The notes below the pieces were generated by a model that saw only the letters and a list, made by a program, of their open reading frames with translations, made no database searches and was not told the origin of the DNA. A program made the translations under genes and the position numbers. Below, piece after piece: positions 56,522 to 64,000 of a DNA stretch of 64,000 nucleotides (within the stretch, counting starts at the first letter, position 1; every line of letters starts with the position of its first letter). This DNA comes from an uncultured Candidatus Saccharibacteria bacterium. Lineage in GTDB: Bacteria; Patescibacteriota; Saccharimonadia; Saccharimonadales; AWTP1-31. Location of the stretch: positions 1,489-65,488 of the forward strand of contig CALCZR010000059.1 in the NCBI GenBank assembly GCA_937903325.1, written 5' to 3'.

Positions 56522-58705
56522 TTAGTCTGTTCGCGGATCTTGATTGAGCAATTTAGCTCGCATCTGCTGGAAGCGTTCCTGCATCTGTGCAGCCTGCTCT
56601 TCCGGAGTTGGTTCAGCAGGAGCAATTTTCGGTCCTTGCTGACGGCCATTACCATTTCCGTTCCCGCTTCCATTGCCATTACTTGGCTTGTTCTCGTTAC
56701 CGGGCTTACCACCAATAACATTCACTACTGGTATGACAATTGGGCTACGCTGGGTTTGTTCGAACAGGAAGTGTGTAACGTGCTCTTTGATCTCTTGCTT
56801 AAAGCGATCTAGGTCAACACGCTTAAAGCGCTGCCCTACGGCACGACGCAGTTCAGAACGGAACCCGTTCATGAGCTCTTCGTTATCTCGCATATAGATG
56901 AAGCCGCGGCTAATGATGTCCGGACTAGTTACCAGGTTACCGGTTCGCTTGTCTACCGTTAGCACAACAGCTACCAGGCCTTCTTCTGCCAGCATCAGGC
57001 GGTCTTTGACTACCACGTTACTGACAATAGCACCGGTCTGGTCAACCAGCACTGTACCGTGCGGCACGCTACCACCGGGCTCCATGGTGTCCTTAGTAAA
57101 GGCAATAACATCACCGTTATCGACGTTGCAGGTATTACTTCGAGGAATACCGTTATTAATAGCTATGTCTATATGTCTCTTCTTGGCGGTGTAGTCACCG
57201 TAGATCGGTACAAAGAACTTTGGCTTGGTCATTTGAATCATCTCAGCGTATTCATCCACACTGGCATGACCAGATACGTGCAAGGGACCATGCTCGTCAA
57301 TATCACGAGTGATGTGTTGGAAGATGTGGATGCCCTTCTTCATGAAGTCATCTACCATAGAACGAATCTTGGCATCGTTACCGGTATATGGAATTGGTGA
57401 GCTAGAAAAGATCACCGTGTCTTGTTCTTTAAGTTTCACATGCCGGTGATCACCAGTACTCATGCGTTGTAATGCCGAACTTGGTTCACCCTGAGAACCA
57501 GTACAGACCACGACGAGGTCGGTGTCCTTCATGGTGTTGGCTGAAGCGATTGGCACAAAAGTACCCTTCGGAATACGTACGAAGCCATGGCGTACAGCCA
57601 TCTCGAGAGTACTCACCATACTACGTCCATCGATGGCTACTTTTTTACCGTGATGAACCGCAGCGTTAATGATCATCTGCACACGGTTCATGTTAGTACT
57701 AAACAGTCCAACGAAGATACGCCCTGGAGCGTTGTCCATAATGTCTACAATTGTTTGTTCAATAGTGCTTTCACTCGGAGTCCAACCTGGTCGATCAGTC
57801 GTAGTACTTTCACTAAGCAGTGCGAGTACACCTTCTTCACCAAGTTGTTTGAGCCGTTCCATGTCGGTCTTTTCGTGGTCTAGTGGGTTAGGATCAAGGC
57901 GGAAGTCACCCGTGTTGATCAGGCGACCTACCGGCGTATCAAGGACAATACAAGTGGAGCCTGGGATTGAGTGCGTTACGCGGACTAGCTCTACAAAGAA
58001 GTTACCAATTTTAAGACGCTCATGAGTGTCCTCGTTCATAGTCACGGTCTTGAGCTCGAAGCCATCTGGTTGTGGCAAGCCGAAGTTCTCGAAGATTTCT
58101 TCAACACGACCAATAGTAAACTTACTACCATAAATTGGTGCCGGGAACTTTGGAACAATGTGAGGCAAGCCTCCAATGTGGTCCAAGTGACCATGCGTAA
58201 TAATGTATGCACGTAGTTTGTGCTTGATGGATTCGAGGTAGGTTGTGTCAACAATACCGTAGTTAATACCTGGAAGATCTACTCCTAGGTCGTTACCACA
58301 GTCCATAATGACGGCATCATTCATGTATTCAACCAGGATGGTGTTCTTAGAACCACCACCGTCCATACCACCGAGACCCACGATTTTTACTCGGGGAGTG
58401 TCGTCAATAAAGTTAGCTCGCCTAACCTTCTGGTTGCTGCTGCTGGCGTCTAAATGCTGGTTAGCAATACGCATAGCGTCTTCTTGGTTGCGCTTCTGGG
58501 CACGAAGGGCTGCTCCACGAGAAACACTGCGGACAGCTGGTTGTGGCTGTGCTGAGTTTGCACCCGCTGGCTTTGGACCACGAGGGCGTCTGTTGCCCCC
58601 GCCCTGGCCACCTTGGCCACCACGAGCTGGTTGTTTTGGTTGACCTGCACCACCGTTGCCGGCTGGTCGTGGTCGATTGTTATTTTGTTTGTTATCTGGA
58701 TTCAT
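56522..58705 (-). CDS. rnj: ribonuclease J with disordered N- and C-terminal extensions
   Basis: MBL/beta-CASP core (ITHGHLDHIGG, GDFRLDP, HVSGHA). It is preceded by ~110 aa rich in R/G/Q/P (GGQGGQGGGNRRPRGPKP). It is followed by a tail with GNGSGNGNGNG and a QQ-rich segment. Confidence 0.9.
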   Translation of the reverse strand: MNPDNKQNNNRPRPAGNGGAGQPKQPARGGQGGQGGGNRRPRGPKPAGANSAQPQPAVRSVSRGAALRAQKRNQEDAMRIANQHLDASSSNQKVRRANFIDDTPRVKIVGLGGMDGGGSKNTILVEYMNDAVIMDCGNDLGVDLPGINYGIVDTTYLESIKHKLRAYIITHGHLDHIGGLPHIVPKFPAPIYGSKFTIGRVEEIFENFGLPQPDGFELKTVTMNEDTHERLKIGNFFVELVRVTHSIPGSTCIVLDTPVGRLINTGDFRLDPNPLDHEKTDMERLKQLGEEGVLALLSESTTTDRPGWTPSESTIEQTIVDIMDNAPGRIFVGLFSTNMNRVQMIINAAVHHGKKVAIDGRSMVSTLEMAVRHGFVRIPKGTFVPIASANTMKDTDLVVVCTGSQGEPSSALQRMSTGDHRHVKLKEQDTVIFSSSPIPYTGNDAKIRSMVDDFMKKGIHIFQHITRDIDEHGPLHVSGHASVDEYAEMIQMTKPKFFVPIYGDYTAKKRHIDIAINNGIPRSNTCNVDNGDVIAFTKDTMEPGGSVPHGTVLVDQTGAIVSNVVVKDRLMLAEEGLVAVVLTVDKRTGNLVTSPDIISRGFIYMRDNEELMNGFRSELRRAVGQRFKRVDLDRFKQEIKEHVTHFLFEQTQRSPIVIPVVNVIGGKPGNENKPSNGNGSGNGNGNGRQQGPKIAPAEPTPEEQAAQMQERFQQMRAKLLNQDPRTD

Positions 58706-58732
58706 CTATTTCCTTTCGTGGACTTTAGAGAA

Positions 58733-59323
58733 TTATTTAGTAATCTTTTGAATAATAAGCGGAACGTTGGCGAAGTCGTCTAATAGGACTTGGCGCATAG
58801 AACCGTTATAGAGGGCTGCTGCTGGGTGATACAAAGGTAGAATTACCCAAGATAGCTCTTCACCGTGGACCTTCGCCTTAATACGTTTAGGCTGGCCATG
58901 GATTTGGCTAATTTGCAGACCCGGCAGGAAACAATTGGTACTGTGTCGCCCCAAGGTCACTAGAACCTTAGGGTTAATTGCCGCCAACTGGGCATACAAG
59001 AATGGAAGAAAGGCCTCTTTCTCTTCCGGGAGTGGATCCCGATTATTCGGTGGCCGATACTTCACGATATTTGTTATGTAAATGTCCGCTCTGCTCAGCC
59101 CCACGCTGGCGAGCATTTCGTCTAGGAACTTCCCTGACGCCCCAACAAATGGTTCGCCTTTGAGGTCCTCGTTCTTACCGGGTGCTTCCCCGATAAAGAC
59201 AACGTCCGCATCTGGGTTACCGGTGCCGAACACGAGCTGTGTGGCCTGTTTGGCCAAATCTGGGCAAATATTCTTGGTTAGAATGTCTGCCTTAATCTGG
59301 TCAAGAAGGTCACCGGCGCTCAT
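58733..59323 (-). CDS. uracil-DNA glycosylase, family 4
   Basis: LVFGTGNPDADVVFIGEAPGKNEDLKGEPFVGASG...HPAAAL. Confidence 0.85.
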   Translation of the reverse strand: MSAGDLLDQIKADILTKNICPDLAKQATQLVFGTGNPDADVVFIGEAPGKNEDLKGEPFVGASGKFLDEMLASVGLSRADIYITNIVKYRPPNNRDPLPEEKEAFLPFLYAQLAAINPKVLVTLGRHSTNCFLPGLQISQIHGQPKRIKAKVHGEELSWVILPLYHPAAALYNGSMRQVLLDDFANVPLIIQKITK

Positions 59324-59541
59324 TGTTTCTTAGGGAAAACTGCGCGCACTAGTCGGTTGATACCAAAAACAACAAGGACAATCAAGAGACCATACTGTTG
59401 TAGGCTCCCCGTGTCGACTGCTCGGATAAACATGAACCAACCAGCGATAAGGGCAACTACGCCTGTAGCGATTAGCCCACCCCGTCCGTACAAGTAATGT
59501 TGCTTATTATTTGCCATTTCGCTTGTCCTGTAATGCTGCAA
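59320..59541 (-). CDS. small 2-TM membrane protein
   Basis: 73-aa ORF; overlaps its neighbours at both ends. Confidence 0.5.
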   Translation of the reverse strand: MQHYRTSEMANNKQHYLYGRGGLIATGVVALIAGWFMFIRAVDTGSLQQYGLLIVLVVFGINRLVRAVFPKKQ

Positions 59542-59725
59542 TGATCAGTAGTACTGCCGCTAAACCAAAGAGGTAATACACAGGGAAACCAGTACCCGGG
59601 TAGTCATTCCGCTCTACAAACAGAATGATCAAAGTTACTACATTGACTACAAGAGCAGCAAGCGCCCATTTATTTCTTTGACGTATGAGATCGTAGATAG
59701 TTTTCTCTTTGTTACTTTTTGCCAT
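59507..59725 (-). CDS. small 2-TM membrane protein
   Basis: 72-aa ORF; its start overlaps the pnp stop by 14 nt. Confidence 0.5.
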   Translation of the reverse strand: MAKSNKEKTIYDLIRQRNKWALAALVVNVVTLIILFVERNDYPGTGFPVYYLFGLAAVLLIIAALQDKRNGK

Positions 59726-61889
59726 CTTTCAGCTCCCTGGCAGCAGCTTTCATGCTTAGTTGTAGTCGGCCGCGATCGTCAATTGCCACCAGCTTGACGG
59801 TCACTGTATCGCCTTCTTTTACGACATCACTTGGCTTATTAACCCGCTCTTCAGACATCTCTGACACATGTACGAGACCGTCCTTGCCTGGCATAATCGT
59901 CACGAAGGCACCGAAGTCCATAACACTGGCTACTGGTACATTTTCGTAGATCTTGCCAACCTCTGGTTCGGCCACAATGCTTTGGATCCAGGCCTTAGCA
60001 GCGTCGATACTGGCACCGTCTGGGCTGGCGATCATAATGGTTCCGTCGTCCTTAATGTCGATCTCTGCCCCTGTTTCACCAGTAATCTTCTGGATAACTT
60101 CACCACCCTTACCAATAACTTCACGAATCTTGTCAGGGTTAATCTGAATCGCTTCTACACGTGGTGCATATGGGCTCATCTTCTTGTTTGGCGCGTCCTG
60201 GACGGTGAGCATGTGGACAAGAATCTTGCCACGGCCAATCTTACCGGCTTCAAGAGCCTTAGCCAGTGTTTCGACGGGCAGACCATGGACCTTCATGTCC
60301 ATTTGTAGAGCTGTAATACCCTTAGTGGTACCAGTTACCTTGAAGTCCATATCCCCTGCGAAGTCTTCGGCGTCAGCGATGTCAGATAGAATAATTGGTT
60401 TTGTGCCATCGAGCATCAAGCCCATAGCGATACCACTTACTGGTCGCTTGAGTGGCACACCAGCGTCCATTAACGCTAAACAGCTAGAACAAGTAGCCGC
60501 CATTGAGGTACTACCATTCTGGCTCATAATCTCTGTTACGGAACGAACGGTGTACGGGAAATCAGCTTCACTTGGCATTACAGGTAGTAGTGCTCGCTCG
60601 GCGAGTGCACTGTGACCGATTTCTCGGCGCCCTGGAGAGCCTAAACGCTTAATCTCGCCAACGGTGTAGCCTGGAGCGTTGTAGTGGTGCATATAGCGCT
60701 TCTCGGTGTCTCGTTCCATGGTGTCGATTAACTGTACGTAGCTGAGTGGCGCTAGCGTCACAATGTTCATAGCCTGGGTCATACCGCGGGTAAACAGGCT
60801 TGAGCCGTGTGTTCGTGGCAAGATGCCTACTTCACTAGACAGCTGTCGGATCTCATCCATCTTACGGCCATCTGGGCGAAGACCTTCTTCAACAATGCCC
60901 TTACGGACATCTTTATGAATGGCCATAGTAAGCGCATCGTCATATTCCTGTCGAAGATCCTTATAGGCATCTGCGCCAAGTTCTTCTTGGAAGTGTTCTT
61001 CCATCTGGCGACGCATCTTGTTAACCATCTCATTTCGTTCTGGATATGGACTACGTAGACCTGCACCAAGCTTGCCTTCTACCCAAGTGTCTACCCGCTT
61101 CTGAATATCTTCATCTGGGAGGCTGAGTTCAAACTCTTGCTTCTCTACCTTGAGCTTCCTGATAAGTTCTTCCTGAGCAGCAATAGCTGGCTGCATTTCC
61201 TTTAGGGCGAATGCAATACCTTCGATAACCTTAGACTCATCTACTTCATTAGCGCCCGCTTCTACCATCATGACAGCGTCTTTAGTACCAGCCACAACGA
61301 GATCAAGCTCACCGTCGTCATAGGTTGCTGCATCAGCAAAGGCTACAAACTTGTCATCCTTGATACCCACACGAAGACCAGCAATCGGACCATCAAATGG
61401 TGCACCGGTCATCATAAATGCCGTACTCATAGCAATCATGGCTACCATGTCAGGTCTGAAGCTTGGGTCCATGGATAGAACACTGGTGACACCCTGTACT
61501 TCATGCCGGTAGCCTTTTGGCCATAGTGGTCGAATAGGACGGTCAATCAGACGACCAATAAGGATAGCGTCCTCACTGGGTCGACCTTCACGCTTAATGA
61601 AACGAGAGCCGCTGATCTTACCAGCTGCATACATCTTTTCTTCGTAATCAATAGATAGTGGGAAGTAATCAAAGCCCTGGATAGGTTTTTTACCAACCAT
61701 GGCCGTTCCAAGTACGACTGTGTCGCCGTAACGGACGATAACGCTGGCGCTGGTCCTAAAACCAACTCGTCCGACCTCTAGCGTGAGGGTTTTACCACAT
61801 AACTGTGTTTCTACTTTAATAATGTCTTTACCGTAAGGGTTTATTGTAGACAAGATTCTGTTCCTTTCTGGTTTCGTCGCAGAGTGCAA
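59712..61889 (-). CDS. pnp: polyribonucleotide nucleotidyltransferase (PNPase)
   Basis: Two RNase PH domains plus KH and S1 domains (GKIYENVPVASVMDFGAFV). The track start is TTG 61889. The TTG at 61853, preceded by AAAGGAA, is a plausible alternative. Confidence 0.95.
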   Translation of the reverse strand: MHSATKPERNRILSTINPYGKDIIKVETQLCGKTLTLEVGRVGFRTSASVIVRYGDTVVLGTAMVGKKPIQGFDYFPLSIDYEEKMYAAGKISGSRFIKREGRPSEDAILIGRLIDRPIRPLWPKGYRHEVQGVTSVLSMDPSFRPDMVAMIAMSTAFMMTGAPFDGPIAGLRVGIKDDKFVAFADAATYDDGELDLVVAGTKDAVMMVEAGANEVDESKVIEGIAFALKEMQPAIAAQEELIRKLKVEKQEFELSLPDEDIQKRVDTWVEGKLGAGLRSPYPERNEMVNKMRRQMEEHFQEELGADAYKDLRQEYDDALTMAIHKDVRKGIVEEGLRPDGRKMDEIRQLSSEVGILPRTHGSSLFTRGMTQAMNIVTLAPLSYVQLIDTMERDTEKRYMHHYNAPGYTVGEIKRLGSPGRREIGHSALAERALLPVMPSEADFPYTVRSVTEIMSQNGSTSMAATCSSCLALMDAGVPLKRPVSGIAMGLMLDGTKPIILSDIADAEDFAGDMDFKVTGTTKGITALQMDMKVHGLPVETLAKALEAGKIGRGKILVHMLTVQDAPNKKMSPYAPRVEAIQINPDKIREVIGKGGEVIQKITGETGAEIDIKDDGTIMIASPDGASIDAAKAWIQSIVAEPEVGKIYENVPVASVMDFGAFVTIMPGKDGLVHVSEMSEERVNKPSDVVKEGDTVTVKLVAIDDRGRLQLSMKAAARELKDGKK

Positions 61890-62009
61890 ATATAGGTGCC
61901 TTCCTTGTGCGTGAACAGTGGCAGCATATATCTGTGGCCCTACGACGAAGAGTGAGTGTTAATGTGCACAAGCTCCTGCCCTGTTTTAGGGCAGTATAGT
62001 CTATGCAAA

Positions 62010-62291
62010 TTACTTAGTAGTTTTAGTTTGGCGAATACCAAGCTTCTTGATGAGCTCTAGGTATGCCTTACTATCTTTGCTAGCAATGTACTTGAGGTGA
62101 CGCTTACGAGCGCCAACCATCTGTAGTAGACCACGACGAGCCATGAAGTCCTTCTTGTTCACTTGTAGGTGACCAGTAAGTTCTTTAATTCGCTCGGTAA
62201 GAATACCAACTTGTACGGCGCTACTGCCGGTGTCGTTTTTGCTCTTCTGTAGGTCGGCAATTACTGCTTGCTTCTTATCTGTTGAAATCAT
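62010..62291 (-). CDS. rpsO: 30S ribosomal protein S15
   Basis: GSSAVQVGILTERIKELTGHLQVNKKDFMARRGLLQMVGARKRHLKYI. Confidence 0.93.
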   Translation of the reverse strand: MISTDKKQAVIADLQKSKNDTGSSAVQVGILTERIKELTGHLQVNKKDFMARRGLLQMVGARKRHLKYIASKDSKAYLELIKKLGIRQTKTTK

Positions 62292-62339
62292 TCACTTCCT
62301 TTATATAGATACTTGTTAGAGATTGATGGCGTTAGAAAC

Positions 62340-62368
62340 ATAATACCACACTCGCCCCTGTTAGGCAA
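62340..62368 (-). promoter_or_regulatory. rpsO promoter
   Basis: The minus strand reads TTGCCT, a 17-nt spacer ending in TGG, then TATTAT. Confidence 0.6.
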
Positions 62369-62382
62369 GATAATGACGGAAA

Positions 62383-62820
62383 TTAAACCTGGGGATTAGC
62401 CACGGGCAGTTGTCCCTCAACCGCTTTGAGCGCCAGAGTCGCCTGCGCTAACTCCAGTTGCGCCTCTATTGCCACCCTTTTAGCATCAGTAACTTCCGTA
62501 CGATACACACTTACCTGCACCGGGGTCTCCAGTCCTACATACACGCAATTAGCGCAAATACTGGCTCCACAAACACGTTCCAAGCGCTTTTGTGCATTCT
62601 TGACGGACCGTTCAGGAGTATAGAGGTCTCGGCTGGGTAGAGTTATTTTTCCGCTACCATCATCTTCCATTTGTGGGCATGTCACCAGCTCTGCCTTCGT
62701 CGTAAAGAGAGCAACGGATGCTGCCTTACTAGTGGTAGTATTTACTGTCTTGAGTTGGCAGTTACGAAAGTTTTTTACGCCCCTTCGTGCTGAGCGCGAA
62801 GCATGAGATAGTGGATTCAT
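62383..62820 (-). CDS. hypothetical protein with a small Cys cluster
   Basis: 145-aa ORF directly after the ABC-F gene; CGASICANC motif; coiled-coil-like C-terminus. Confidence 0.5.
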   Translation of the reverse strand: MNPLSHASRSARRGVKNFRNCQLKTVNTTTSKAASVALFTTKAELVTCPQMEDDGSGKITLPSRDLYTPERSVKNAQKRLERVCGASICANCVYVGLETPVQVSVYRTEVTDAKRVAIEAQLELAQATLALKAVEGQLPVANPQV

Positions 62821-64000
62821 TTACATATTATAATATGGTAAAGGCAATGGCGCAACGTCTACGGTCTCACCCCCAACATTGCGAGCAAAGTAGCTATCAT
62901 GCGAGATATAGATAACTGCTCCATGGTACGTTTCAAGAGCATTCTCCAACTCTTCAATACTCGGCAGATCCAAGTGGTTTGTTGGTTCGTCTAGTACTAG
63001 AATTTGTGGATCACCAGCTAGCATATTCATAAGCTGGAACCGAGCTTTCTGACCACCGCTGAGGCGACTGAGCGGCACATCCCCATCTGTTGCAGGGTTA
63101 AATAGATAATCACCAAGTAGTTGCTTCACTTTCTGGTCACTAACCGGCACATCTTTCGCCATATAAGCCTTCTCTATGGCCTGCGATAAGGTCAGCGGCA
63201 AATACCCAGGATCTATTTCCTGCTCGTATATACCGATTTTGAGCTCTTTCTCACTGGCTATAGTACCGTCAAAGATGGTCGATTCAGGCTGACTGTCCTG
63301 CACCTTGGCAACAACTGCCTTAACGAGCGTCGACTTACCTGCCCCGTTCCGGCCGTGCAACCGAATACGGTCACCTTCTCGGAGATCAAAGCTAATATCT
63401 GCAAATAGTGGCTTATCATAACCAAGACTCAATTTACGAACTTCAACGAGCAATCGACTGCTTTCAGATTCGGACTTACGGGCATCCACCTTAATATTCT
63501 TGGCCTTGTGGCGTTTGTAGGCAGCACCCATTTTCTCATTCAGCTCACCTACAGACTCACGGTCGATCCAGAACGTTGGCATCTCAGTCTTCTCAAGCTC
63601 CGCTAGCTCTGTAACCGCTTTTACTTCAAGGGCTTTAAAGCGTTGGATAGTTCCCGGATCGCGGGAGCGTTCCTTGAGCCTGCGGAATCGGATAATGTTC
63701 TCTTTGAGGTTAGAAATCCGTCGTTGCACTAAGCTAAACTGGGTTACCTCTGAACCAATCTTCACAGCGTTAATACGGAGGTAGTCGTCATAATTTCCAG
63801 GGTAGCTAAAGGCCTGACCATCTCTAATTTCAATAATCCGGTCAACGGACTGCAACACGTCACGGTCGTGGGTAATTACTACCACTGCTTCACGCGCCGA
63901 TTTAAACCACTTTAAGAAGGCTTTCTTGGCCACAAAGTCCATGTGGTTGGTCGGTTCGTCGATAAGTGCCAAGTGCGCCCGGGCTCGTTGCACCTTAACC
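62821..64000 (-). CDS. ABC-F family ATPase, 5' end beyond the window
   Basis: End of ABC domain 1 (LIDEPTNHMD), a charged linker, then a complete ABC domain 2 (GRNGAGKST, LSGGQKARFQL, ILVLDEPTNHLD). The reading frame stays open to the window edge. Confidence 0.88.
   Translation of the reverse strand, partial: VKVQRARAHLALIDEPTNHMDFVAKKAFLKWFKSAREAVVVITHDRDVLQSVDRIIEIRDGQAFSYPGNYDDYLRINAVKIGSEVTQFSLVQRRISNLKENIIRFRRLKERSRDPGTIQRFKALEVKAVTELAELEKTEMPTFWIDRESVGELNEKMGAAYKRHKAKNIKVDARKSESESSRLLVEVRKLSLGYDKPLFADISFDLREGDRIRLHGRNGAGKSTLVKAVVAKVQDSQPESTIFDGTIASEKELKIGIYEQEIDPGYLPLTLSQAIEKAYMAKDVPVSDQKVKQLLGDYLFNPATDGDVPLSRLSGGQKARFQLMNMLAGDPQILVLDEPTNHLDLPSIEELENALETYHGAVIYISHDSYFARNVGGETVDVAPLPLPYYNM

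Overview
This is a gene-dense 64-kb chromosomal segment with about 70 protein genes, most of them on the minus strand from 13 kb onward, and typical intergenic gaps under 100 bp. Housekeeping content includes gyrB-gyrA, infC-rpmI-rplT, thrS, miaA, nrdR, ndk, efp, rpsF-ssb-rpsR, ftsK, RNase J, pnp, rpsO, ychF and an ABC-F ATPase. I read six tRNAs directly from the sequence (Pro-GGG, Val-GAC, Gly-CCC, Thr-CGU, Asp-GUC, Arg-CCU), all with an encoded CCA. I also found a type-A RNase P RNA (13838-14172, minus) that the ORF track masks with a spurious ORF. The largest functional block is a complete secretin-less type IV pilus locus (31669-42849: pilM-N-O, pilB, pilT, pilC, pilA, pilD, three minor pilins and a PilX-like protein). 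A co-oriented trio of uncharacterised genes, including a 763-aa secreted protein, lies directly upstream of it. Other accessory content is an LPXTG-anchored DUF11/PKD surface protein and a stand-alone TraD/VirD4-like membrane ATPase operon. There is also a processive GT2 polysaccharide synthase and many acidic orphan proteins. The items I consider most worth a second look are:
1. A tRNA-Asp 3'-end direct repeat brackets a single orphan gene, which looks like an att-type scar.
2. Two non-coding islands (10611-12235 and 21962-22955) contain promoter-to-terminator units that look like unannotated small RNAs or attenuators.
3. A recurrent -10 hexamer lies 6-10 nt upstream of the ATG with no Shine-Dalgarno sequence, suggesting widespread leaderless mRNAs.
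4. RNase J carries Arg/Gly-rich disordered extensions and sits next to pnp.
The gene content (monoderm-style pilus, sortase substrate, reduced metabolism) is what I would expect of a Patescibacteria/CPR, Saccharibacteria-like genome. That placement is inference only. No CRISPR array, IS element, rRNA or clear prophage is visible.
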